Shown here piece after piece: positions 30,587 to 39,908 of a DNA stretch of 64,000 bases (positions within the stretch are counted from its first letter, which is position 1; each line of letters starts with the position of its first letter). The stretch is taken from the NCBI GenBank assembly GCA_963845755.1, contig CAWJTV010000034.1, positions 384,001 through 448,000 of the forward strand, written 5' to 3'. Under the pieces are notes generated by a model, which was not told the origin of the DNA, did not search any database, and saw nothing but the letters and a program-made list of their open reading frames with translations. Both the position numbers and the translations under genes were made by a program. This DNA is from an uncultured Planctomycetota bacterium. Its GTDB lineage: Bacteria > Planctomycetota > Planctomycetia > Isosphaerales > Isosphaeraceae.

Positions 30587-32752
30587 ATGTCCCAATCCAC
30601 GGCCGGACAAAACCCACTCGTTGGCCTGATCGCACTGCGAATCGGCTGGATCACGCGCAACGCCCTGGACGCGGCAACGAGCGCCGCAACTCGGCAGAAA
30701 GACCGATCGATCGGCCGGATCCTGGTGGAGCAGGGGGAGTTGGCCGAAGACGAGCGACTCCTGCTGGAATCGCTCGCGCAAAAACACCTGTCGAAGCACG
30801 GCGATGAGGCGGGGCGCCGGCTCTGGACGTCGGGCTCGATGGAAGGGCTTCCGGACGACCTTCCGTCTCTCGGGACCGAACCGGATTCCGGGACCGGCCC
30901 GAGCCAGACGTCGCGACGGCCGCTCGCAAGGCGCAAGGCGTGGATCGCGGCGCTGGGGACCAGCCTGGCGGCCCTGACGGTGGGATTCGCCGTGGTCGGC
31001 TACCTGGGGCAGGAAACCGATCGCCAGCGCCGGCGGGCCGATCACGATTTCGTCAAGGCCGCCGATACCGTCGAGCAGCTCCTGACTCGCATCGGCGAGG
31101 ATCGGCTGAGGGATCTGCCGCAGTTGGAATCCCTCCGGGCCGAGCTCCTCGACGACGCCGTCCAGTTCCAGCTCGGGCTCCTGGCCGAACGCAGCGACGA
31201 TCCTGAGGTCCTGTTCAGGGTCACCCGCGCCGCCCGGATGGCCGCCAACCTCCAGGTCCAGTTGAATCGCCAGGAGGAGGCCGAACGGACGTGCATCCAG
31301 GCGATCTCGATCGTGGACGAGCTGATCGCCCGAGCGCCGCGTGACCTGAGATATCGCCGCGAGCGGGCTGTGCTCTCCGATACCCTCGGGCTGAGTCTCG
31401 CCAAGCTCGGCCGCATCGACGAGGCCGAGACGGCCTACCGGGAAGCCATCGACATCCGCGGTTTGATCGTCCAGGAAGACCCCAGGTCGGGCGAGGACCG
31501 CTGGCGGATGGCCGTGGGCCTCGATCAACTGGCGGTCATGCTCCAGGGTGGCGGCCGATGGGAGGAGGCCGAACACTTCTTCGTCCGCGGGCAACAGCTC
31601 TGCCTGGCCAATCCGCCATCGAGCCCGGCCGACCCGCGAGTCCGCCAGCAACTCGTGACCATCCTGGACCATCTCGGCCGGCTCCTCATGGACCGTGGGA
31701 AACCCACCGAGGCGCTGAAGAGCTATGCGGAGGCCGTCGCCGCCCAGAAGACCCTGGTCGCGTCCGCCCCCCGCTCCGGCGGCTTCCGCGAGCTGCTGGT
31801 CCGGCTCTTGCTCGATCAGTCCGGCGCGCTGAGCGGCAGCGGCCGGTCCGCCGAGGCGGAGCGGACACTCCTCGAGGCCCGCGCGCTGATCGATCCCTTG
31901 AGGGCCGATCATCCCGCGATCGCCGCCTATCAAGAGCTCGGCGCCTCCGTGTACGCAACGCTCGCCCACGCGATCCGCCGCGACCCGGCGCGGGGTCCCG
32001 AGGCTCGCGAGACGCTGAAGACCGCGGTCGCGATCCAGGAGAAGCTGGTCGCGAGGTCGCCCACGATCCCCACCTATCTCTCCAACCTGGCAGCGATGTG
32101 CGACAGCCTCGCCAACCTCCTCCGTTCCCAGAACGCCCACGACGAAGCCGAATCGCTCTACCGCCAGGAGCTCACCTATCACGCCCGCCTGGCGATGGAG
32201 TATCCCCGGGTCCTCGCCTACCGATACGGCCATGGTCAGGTGCTTCACAACCTCGCCGACCTCCTCCGGGAACGCGGTCGTTGCCACGAAGGACTTCCGC
32301 TCGAGCGCGAAGCCGTGCGGGAGCTGGCCACCGTCTACGAGTCGAACGTCCGCGACCCCCATTACCGGACGGCGATCAGTTATGCGTACTGGACTCTCTG
32401 TTCCATCCTCATCGAAAGCAAGGACCATCGCGACGCTGCGAAGGCCGTGGCCGAGTACCTCCGGATCGAGCCCAATGGTTACGAGGAATCGTCCGAGGCG
32501 ACCGGCTTCCTCTGCCGATGCGCCCAGCTCTGCCGCCAGGATTCCTCGCTGCCGGCGAAGGAGGCGGAGGCACTCGCGCGACGCTACGCCGACCAGGCCA
32601 TCGCCGCGCTGCGGACCGCGGTCCGAAACGGATTCCGCGACACAAAGCTCGTCAACACGGCCGAAATCTACGAACCCATCCGCTCGCGGGACGATTTTCG
32701 CGGGATCGTCCGCGAGGTCGAGGCCATGTTGGTCGAACTGAGGCGCTATTGA
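30587..32752 (+). CDS. Membrane-anchored TPR protein resembling planctomycete STK-TPR proteins but lacking the kinase domain
   Basis: N-terminal LVGLIALRIGWI...GRILVEQGEL helical module, TM at about aa 118-140, then TPR array ending ALRTAVRNGFRD...IRSRDDF; no GxGxxG, HRD or DFG. Confidence 0.85.
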   Translation: MSQSTAGQNPLVGLIALRIGWITRNALDAATSAATRQKDRSIGRILVEQGELAEDERLLLESLAQKHLSKHGDEAGRRLWTSGSMEGLPDDLPSLGTEPDSGTGPSQTSRRPLARRKAWIAALGTSLAALTVGFAVVGYLGQETDRQRRRADHDFVKAADTVEQLLTRIGEDRLRDLPQLESLRAELLDDAVQFQLGLLAERSDDPEVLFRVTRAARMAANLQVQLNRQEEAERTCIQAISIVDELIARAPRDLRYRRERAVLSDTLGLSLAKLGRIDEAETAYREAIDIRGLIVQEDPRSGEDRWRMAVGLDQLAVMLQGGGRWEEAEHFFVRGQQLCLANPPSSPADPRVRQQLVTILDHLGRLLMDRGKPTEALKSYAEAVAAQKTLVASAPRSGGFRELLVRLLLDQSGALSGSGRSAEAERTLLEARALIDPLRADHPAIAAYQELGASVYATLAHAIRRDPARGPEARETLKTAVAIQEKLVARSPTIPTYLSNLAAMCDSLANLLRSQNAHDEAESLYRQELTYHARLAMEYPRVLAYRYGHGQVLHNLADLLRERGRCHEGLPLEREAVRELATVYESNVRDPHYRTAISYAYWTLCSILIESKDHRDAAKAVAEYLRIEPNGYEESSEATGFLCRCAQLCRQDSSLPAKEAEALARRYADQAIAALRTAVRNGFRDTKLVNTAEIYEPIRSRDDFRGIVREVEAMLVELRRY

Positions 32753-32806
32753 AATGGGGACTGGCTCCGAGTCTTCGAGGTGCCTGTCCCCATTTCGATA
32801 GCGCCT
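32741..32806. repeat. Palindromic GGGGAC...GTCCCC repeat, copy 2, between convergent genes
   Basis: AGGCGCTATTGAAATGGGGAC...GTCCCCATTTCGATAGCGCCT; contains the TPR gene stop codon. Confidence 0.75.
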
Positions 32807-32820
32807 TCCACCACGGTCCT

Positions 32821-33441
32821 TCAAGTCCGGCGCCCGTTATGGTCGAGGTACGGATACTCCATGTACCGCACCTTGGCCCGGGCGACGGCCTCGCCGTGAT
32901 AGCGCGCCACGACGCGAAGTGCCATATCGATGCCGGCTGCGATACCGGCCGAGGTGATCGTCGATCCGTCCTCCACGACGTGCTGATCCCGGATCACCTC
33001 GATGGAAGGGAAAGTGTCTCGCATCCGGTCCAGAGACATCCAGTGAGTCGTCGCGCGGCGGCCGTCGAGCAAACCGGCCTGGCCGAGCACGAATGAACCC
33101 GTGCAGACCGAGGTCAATAACTCCACCTCGACGGACCGCCCTCGGATCCAGCCGACGACCTCCTGATGGTTCACCAGGCTCCGGGTCCCCCAGCCGCCCG
33201 GGACGACCAGGACATCGAGCTTCGGGCAGCCCGCGAGGTCATGATCCGGCAAGACGCGCAACCCACCCGTGGCGACGACGGGCTCCGTCGTCTCGGCGAC
33301 CAGGACAACCTCGAATGGCGACGGCTCCTCCCGCCGACGCGATTCGTCAAATCGCGTCACCGAGAACACCTCGAACGGCCCGCAGAAGTCGAGGACTTCG
33401 ACCTCCGGGAAGACGACGATGCCCACGCGTTTCCGGATCAT
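32821..33441 (-). CDS. DJ-1/PfpI family protein (isonitrile hydratase-like)
   Basis: EVLDFCGPFEVF, VPGGWG, SVCTG, ATTHW, TSAGIAAGID. Confidence 0.9.
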   Translation of the reverse strand: MIRKRVGIVVFPEVEVLDFCGPFEVFSVTRFDESRRREEPSPFEVVLVAETTEPVVATGGLRVLPDHDLAGCPKLDVLVVPGGWGTRSLVNHQEVVGWIRGRSVEVELLTSVCTGSFVLGQAGLLDGRRATTHWMSLDRMRDTFPSIEVIRDQHVVEDGSTITSAGIAAGIDMALRVVARYHGEAVARAKVRYMEYPYLDHNGRRT

Positions 33442-33531
33442 CGCGCGCTCCTTTCGTTGAGTCGGTCTGGTGCTCTCACTCCGAGACGAGACCGTACCGG
33501 AGCGGTTGCTGCTCGCAAGGCATACGACCCA

Positions 33532-33618
33532 GGAAAATGGGGACTGGCTCCCGCACCTGCGTGAAACCCTCGATCTCAAAACCACCGCACGAGGGCCGAG
33601 CGCCTCTCCCCATTTTCC
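33532..33618. repeat. Palindromic GGGGAC...CCCC repeat, copy 3 (longer spacer)
   Basis: GGAAAATGGGGACTGGCTC...GCGCCTCTCCCCATTTTCC. Confidence 0.65.
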
Positions 33619-34162
33619 ACGCGCTCAACCCAGGCGGGAAGCCCTATAACAGCTTCAGTCGCCTTCCGGCCGTCGACGGACATGGGGAAAAACGGGAACT
33701 GGGGAAAAAACGCGGAACCGGAGGATTCGAGAGATCCGGCGAGGAGCCCTCGCCTCGCTGCTTCCGCTTCCATTGGGTGCTCCGCTAATCACCCGGCGAA
33801 AAAAAATTTTGGATTCTCCTATCTTCCACTGAGAGCAGGAGTTCAGGCAGATCTTGGACCAAGAAACGCGCTAGGTGCATTAACGCTTTCGAAAAGTTGC
33901 GGCATCCTAAGAGTATGACCCAAGCGCGATCAATACCGAGACTGGCAGGTGGACTGCGCCGACCCCGTCGCGGGCCCGCCGTAACCCGATTTCAGCCAGC
34001 GAGATCGGGAATGGTGACCTCCCAAAAAGCTGCCACAACGTGCCGACCTGTTCTACGACCGTCCCGGACGATGACACTGGGAAGCGATCGCCCGCCCGCC
34101 CGAGCCGACTGTGGTCGTCACTCCCCCAAGGATGGCCGTCCTCGTTTTTTTGTTGCATCTAT

Positions 34163-34199
34163 TTGACAGTGTCATATAGCCTCGATATAACAGTGTCAT
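34163..34199 (+). promoter_or_regulatory. Near-consensus sigma-70 promoter with overlapping repeated operator; predicts a leaderless mRNA
   Basis: TTGACA (34163-68)-N17-TATAAC (34186-91), ATG at 34198; ACAGTGTCAT repeated at 34166 and 34190. Confidence 0.75.
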
Positions 34200-34848
34200 G
34201 AAGAACGGCGAGACTCTCGGGACGATCGATGAGCTGAGTGTCGCGGTAGCGGCGGCCCTGGAGAGGGGGTATGCCGGTGCGCCGAATGCTCGGGTGCGCG
34301 AGGTGCCGGACCCTCGGACGATCCGCTACTACACGACCCTGGGCCTGATCGACCGCCCGGCCGAGATGCGCGGCCGCACGGCGTTTTACGGACGGAGGCA
34401 CCTGCTCCAGTTGGTGGCGATCAAGAAGCTCCAGGCGCTCGGCCGGAGCCTGGCCGAGATTCAGCACGCCCTGACGGGCTTGACCGACAAGGCACTCGCC
34501 CAGCTCGCGGAGATGGACCTGCAGGATGCGCGGATCGATGGCCAACAAACCCCGAGGCCGGCCACGCGCGAATTCTGGCGGCAGGAGCCGTCGATTCCGG
34601 ACGTGGCCGAGACGGCGGAGGTCGGTAGGGGGGCGGATCGGCTCACGGGAGATCGCCAGGCGGAGCCGATCCGATCCCAGACCTTTCATGGTGTGCCGCT
34701 CGTCAACGGCGTGACGCTCCTGCTGGCCTCGTCGCGCCCGATCGATGCCGCGGACTTCGAGGCGATCCGCACCGCGGCGGGACCTCTGATCGAGATCCTA
34801 TTGCGTCGTCAGCTCATTCACCCGCATGAGGAAGGAGACACCCGATGA
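34198..34848 (+). CDS. MerR-family helix-turn-helix protein
   Basis: TIDEL...RTIRYYTTLGLIDRP...YGRRHLLQLVAIKKLQALGRSLAEI; ATGA overlap with the next gene. Confidence 0.9.
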   Translation: MKNGETLGTIDELSVAVAAALERGYAGAPNARVREVPDPRTIRYYTTLGLIDRPAEMRGRTAFYGRRHLLQLVAIKKLQALGRSLAEIQHALTGLTDKALAQLAEMDLQDARIDGQQTPRPATREFWRQEPSIPDVAETAEVGRGADRLTGDRQAEPIRSQTFHGVPLVNGVTLLLASSRPIDAADFEAIRTAAGPLIEILLRRQLIHPHEEGDTR

Positions 34849-37800
34849 GTCGATCACTGCCGCTGATCTCGGACAACGAACGGGTCCCTGGGAGTTTCTC
34901 CTCACCCGCTGCCGACGACGAGGCGGGCTTCGGTGCCCTGAGAACGGACAGAGGCCATCTGCCCCTGGAATCCATGGACGTGCGTGGCCGGATCGACGGC
35001 CTGCTGGCGCACGTGACCGTCCGGCAAACGTTCGTCAACGCGCTCGAGGAACCGCTCGAGGCGGCCTACATCTTCCCACTCCCCGATCGCGCCGCGGTGA
35101 CCCGGTTCCGCATGCAGGTTGCCGGCCGCGAAATCGAAGGTGTGCTGGAGGAGCGGGGCCAGGCGCGCGAGCACTACGACCAGGCGATCGCCCAGGGCCG
35201 CCGCGCGGCGATCGCCGAGGAGGATCGGCCCGGAGTCTTCAACCTTCGTGTCGGCAACCTGATGCCCGGCGATCGCGCGACTGTCGAGTTGACGTTCTGC
35301 GGGGTGTTGCCGTACTCCGACGGCGCGGCAACGTTCCGGTTCCCGCTGGTGGTCGCCCCGCGATACATTCCCGGCACCCCGCTGCCCGGGCTCTCGGTCG
35401 GCGACGGGACCGCGGTCGATACGAACGCCGTGCCAGACGCCTCACGGATCAGCCCGCCGGTGTTGCTGCCCGGTTTCCCAAACCCGGTCCGTCTGAGCCT
35501 GGAAATCGAGCTCCATGACGGCGGTGAAGATATGGATGAAGTCCATTGCAGCCTTCACGCCGTGAACGAAGAGTCCCACGACGGCTATCGGCGCATCCGG
35601 CTGTATCCCGGCGAGCGGCTCAACCGCGACTTCATCCTGCGTTTCCGCCTGGGCGGCCCGGAGATCCGATCCACCATGACCTTGCATCCGGACGCGACCG
35701 GAGGCCGAGAAGGGACGTTCGCGCTGACGGTCGTGCCACCCGCTTTCGATGACGCGTCTCCCCAGAAGCCCCGCGACGTCGTCTTCGTCCTCGACCGATC
35801 GGGCAGTATGAAAGGGTGGAAGATGGTCGCGGCACGAAGGGCGGTAGCACGGATGATCGATACGCTCAACGACTCCGATCGGTTCTGCGTCCTCGCTTTT
35901 GACGACGTCGTGGAGTCTCCGCCCAGCCTATCCGGGGACTTGGCCGGGGCGACGGATCGCCACCGATTCTCCGCGGTGGAGTACCTGGCGAAGGTCGAGG
36001 CCCGGCGCGGCACCGAAATGGCCCGGCCGATCGAACAGGCGGTCAAACTGCTCGATTCGAGCGGGTCCGCCTGCCGCGATCGAATCCTCGTCCTGATCAC
36101 CGACGGCCAGGTCGGCAATGAGGACCAGATCCTCAGCGTCCTCGGAGACAGGTTAAGACGGATTCGCGTCTTCACGCTCGGCATCGACCGCGCCGTGAAC
36201 GAAGGATTCCTACGGCGTCTGGCCGAGCGGGGGGGTGGTTCGTGTGAGCTGGTCGAATCGGAAGACCGGCTCGACGAGGTCATGGCGTCTATCCATCAAC
36301 GGATTGGAATGTCGATCCTGACGGGGTTGAGTGTCACGTCCGATGAGCTGGCCATCGAGCCGGGTGAGGTCGTCCCCCGCCGCCTGCCAGACCTGTTCGC
36401 CGGCTCGCCGCTCTTGATCCTCGGTCGATACCGGGGGCGTCCGGCGGGGACCGTGACCATTGCCGCCGCCGATGCCAACGGGCAGGCCTGGTCCGAGCCG
36501 ATCCATGCCCGAATCCGCGAGAATCCGGCCATTGCCGCTGCGTGGGCGCGCGGGCAGGTGCGCCAACTGGAAGACCGCTACGTGGCCAACGACGCAGATC
36601 GCGGCCGGCTCGAGAAGGCCATCGTGGCGATCTCACTGAAGTTCCAGGTCCTATGCCGATTCACGGCCTACGTCGCCGTCGATCGTTCGCAGGTCGCGAA
36701 CGAGGACGGTTCGCTCCATCGGATCACCCAGCCAGTCGAGCAGCCGGAGGGGTGGGATCACGCTACTCCGACCGCGCATGGATTCTCGGTCAAGTGTTCC
36801 CGAATCTCCCCACGGAGTATCGAGTTCGCCACGCGAGCCTCGATTCGCACCGAAGATTTGGCAGTCGATCGCCAAGCGAGCAGCCCGCCAGCCGCCTGTG
36901 CTCCTCCTCGGCCGACCACCCTGGCCCACGAAGGTCCCGCACGCGTCGTATTCAGACGCCTAAAGGATCTCATCAGTGCGATTCCTGCGGCTCTCTTGGA
37001 CAGGCCGGTTCCGCGCGGTTCCGAGGAATCGAGCACGCGCCCATCGTCCCCCGTCAGCCTGCCGGAACGGTTCGAATCGCCCCAGGTGGTTGCTCGAGGT
37101 GGCTACGGACGAGTGTGGAAGGCGTTCGACAGACTCAACGGCCGGCATGTAATCATTGTGTTTACCCCACGCCGGAGAATCATGACAAGGAATTCAAGGA
37201 TCAACAGCAACGCGCGGAATACCTATCACGACTGAGCCATCCCGCAATCATCCCGATTCTAGAGGTCGTCGATTCCCAATCGGGGATTCTCACGATCATG
37301 CCGTTCATATCGGGATGCCTGCTGGCGGACTGGGCCCAATCTCACGGATGTATGGATCCGCGCCGGGTCGCTGACCTGGTCGCCGAGATTGCCGACGCGC
37401 TGCACCTGATTCACGGCCAGGGATTGATCCACGGCGACCTAAAACCGCAGAACATCCTGATCGGCGACGATGGACGACCGCGACTGCTCGGCTTCAGCCA
37501 CAGCATTCCGTTGGGCTCGCCCGATCCGGCGACAACGATGGGCTTCACGCCGGCCTACGCGCCTCCGGAGCAGATCCAGCAAGCTGGCCGGTGCCGGGAC
37601 GTGCGCATGGACATGTATAGTCTGGGCGTGATTCTTTACGAAAGCCTGACCGGTCAGCAACCGTTCGGCGGCGGTACGATTCAGGAGACGTTCCAGAGGG
37701 TGCTCGCTAACAATCCGACACCACCCCGCCAGCTCGTCCCAACGATCCCCGACAACCTCGCGGCCATCTGCCTCAAGGCGATGGCCAGGAACCCCGAGGA

Positions 37801-37885
37801 TCGTCACGCGTCAGCAGCCGAGTTGGCCTCGGCCCTCCGCGACACCCTCAAGCCCCGGCCAGGGAAAGGATTCTGGAAATCATGA
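34845..37885 (+). CDS. VIT + vWA domain protein with C-terminal Ser/Thr (pseudo)kinase domain; frameshift near 37165
   Basis: VIT (EAAYIFPLPDRAAV...NLMPG), vWA MIDAS (VLDRSGSM, GTE, ITDG); kinase motifs RGGYGRVWKA in the first frame and HGDLKPQN, TPAYAPPE, DMYSLG in ORF 36542..37885. Confidence 0.85.
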
Positions 37886-38002
37886 TCATCCCTCGGCGAC
37901 CGGGCTGACTGTCGTCGTCACCCATTACGAGATCGACGTGCTACCGAGGGATCCGATTCCTGTCGCCCTCGTTGGCGCGTCGAACTGCGTAAGATCGGCG
38001 AG

Positions 38003-38800
38003 TCACTTCGATTCGTCAGGCATTTGGTCCTTGGCAAGCTCCTCGATCCTGGCCTTTAGCTCGCGGTACTTCGCTGTGAGCTTCTCCTTGGCAACCCTGG
38101 CGGTTTGCGAAGTCGCTTCGCGGAGCTTTTGCAAATCCTCCTCGGTCTGCTTCAGGTCCGCTTCGAGGTAAGCGACGAGCTTCTCACGGTCCTTATGAAA
38201 CTCGGCCTTGAGCCGCTCCAGCCGGGGCCCGAGTTTAGCCCTGGCATCCTCTTTGACGCTGCCGGCGTACTCCTTGAGGTGTTCGATCTCTTCACGACTC
38301 GACTTCAGGTTCGCGGACAGGGTGGACTCCATCTTCGCGCGGGCCGCGTTCCATTCTTCATGGAGCGTCTTCACCTCCGCAGCCATCTTCTCGCGGGCCG
38401 GCCCGGACGCCTTGTCGGCTTTCTCCTCGAGTGTCTTGAAGTCCTCGGCGAGGGTGTTCATGCGCAGTTCCAGGGTGGTGGCGAGTTTCTCACGAGCAAT
38501 TGCCCACTTCTTGCTGAGGACCTCCATCTCCGCGGCCATCTTCTCGCGGGCCGGGCCGGACGCCTTCGCGGCTTCGTCCTTGAGCTTGTGGTACTGGTCG
38601 CCGGCTGCCCTGGCATTCGACTCCATCTTGGTGACCAGTTTCGCCCAGTGTTCCTTGAGCCGTTCGCTGAACGTCTTTTCTGCCGGATCCTGGGCTACGA
38701 CAGGACCCGTCACTCCCAAGGACACCGTCGCCAGGGTTGCGAACACCAGAGATCGACAGCCGAACGGTAACCGCTTCACGATCGGGCTCTTCTTTGACAT
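38003..38800 (-). CDS. Secreted alpha-helical protein with 51-aa tandem repeats
   Basis: Signal peptide ending VVA-Q; KASGPAREKMAAE repeated 51 aa apart; RBS AGGAG. Confidence 0.8.
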   Translation of the reverse strand: MSKKSPIVKRLPFGCRSLVFATLATVSLGVTGPVVAQDPAEKTFSERLKEHWAKLVTKMESNARAAGDQYHKLKDEAAKASGPAREKMAAEMEVLSKKWAIAREKLATTLELRMNTLAEDFKTLEEKADKASGPAREKMAAEVKTLHEEWNAARAKMESTLSANLKSSREEIEHLKEYAGSVKEDARAKLGPRLERLKAEFHKDREKLVAYLEADLKQTEEDLQKLREATSQTARVAKEKLTAKYRELKARIEELAKDQMPDESK

Positions 38801-39104
38801 CCGCATGCTCCTGAAGGGGTTTCGCCCGAGAGCACCGGGGATAGACGACCCGGCACACCCATCGGAATGATTGTGGCGGATTTCTCCGCTGAACATCTCG
38901 AAGCGGACGTTGCGATCGTACTCGAATCGCGTGAGCCAACAAGATGCCACTCTCTCTGTCCGTAAGAATGCGGATCGGCACCCCACGTGTCGCCTCATCG
39001 CAGCAGTCTCTTGTCGAACCTTGGATTGGGAGCCGGCAGGCATGCGTGCAGGCTTCGATCGATTCCTCTCGCATGTCACCGCTCTCGGTTTGTAAGATAG
39101 CCTC

Positions 39105-39434
39105 ATGAATGCACAATCCCAGGCCGCGGGCGGCTTGACACTTTCGGCCCTACAGCGGATCATCTTACAAATGTACGGTGAAAAGGACGCAGCGCGCGGA
39201 GACGCAGCGACGTTCCTCTGGCTCACCGAGGAGTTCGGCGAGCTGGCCACGGCGCTCCGCTCCGGGACGCGCGACGAGCTGGCCGCCGAGATGGCCGACG
39301 TCCTGGCGTGGCTGGCGACCCTGGCCAATATCCGGGGGATCGACCTGGAGGGGGCTGTGTTGAAGAAGTATGGCCGGGCCTGCCCCGGTTGCGCGGCGGT
39401 GCCCTGCGTCTGCGACCCGGCCGAAAAGCCGTGA
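39105..39434 (+). CDS. MazG-like nucleotide pyrophosphohydrolase with C-terminal Cys cluster
   Basis: WLTEEFGELA...EMADVLAWL; CPGCAAVPCVC. Confidence 0.88.
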   Translation: MNAQSQAAGGLTLSALQRIILQMYGEKDAARGDAATFLWLTEEFGELATALRSGTRDELAAEMADVLAWLATLANIRGIDLEGAVLKKYGRACPGCAAVPCVCDPAEKP

Positions 39435-39473
39435 ACTCCGCAATCACCGAGGGTTTCCGGCGAATAACGATCG

Positions 39474-39791
39474 ATGAAGTTTCTCTCGGAGCATGATGTC
39501 GAGGCGGCGGCGGAACGGATCGAACAAGCGGAGGCCCTCTTTCGTATCAGCCACTATCCTCTCGCGATCGACATCGCCGGACGAGCGGTCGAATGCATCC
39601 TCCGAGCCTACTTCTTCAAGAAGCATCGTGTGCCCGCAAAACTCGAGGCCGCCCACGACATTGTTAAGTTGTTCCGGGCGAGCAATCTCAGGCTCATCGC
39701 CCAGGGATCGCAGCCGAATCGAAGGGAATCCGAGCACGAGATCAGCCGTATCGATCGAGGATCGTCGATGACACCCCGGAGGGTTCATTAA
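39474..39791 (+). CDS. HEPN-domain protein, possibly truncated
   Basis: AEALF...AGRAVECILRAY...AHDIVKLF pattern of HEPN N-terminal helices. Confidence 0.6.
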   Translation: MKFLSEHDVEAAAERIEQAEALFRISHYPLAIDIAGRAVECILRAYFFKKHRVPAKLEAAHDIVKLFRASNLRLIAQGSQPNRRESEHEISRIDRGSSMTPRRVH

Positions 39792-39908
39792 GAGCCGAGG
39801 AGAAGCGACGGATCGTGATCATCGTGCCTCGGACCCCCCGAGGAAATCCGGAAAGACTGCATCCCAGGTTCCTGACAACCACTTTGCCCCCAGGAATCGT
39901 CAACATCC

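Noticed and set aside
30257..32824. Long antisense and alternate-frame ORFs (e.g. 30257..32824 -, 21908..23674 -, 53898..55586 +)
   Set aside because: Shadows of real genes in high-GC DNA, with no recognisable motifs
34005..34110. Possible cobalamin riboswitch (GGGAA..GGTG..TCC..CTGCC..CACTGGGAAG in order)
   Set aside because: The B12-box and CCCGC-ACTGT core are missing, there is no B12-related gene downstream, and the next gene has its own promoter
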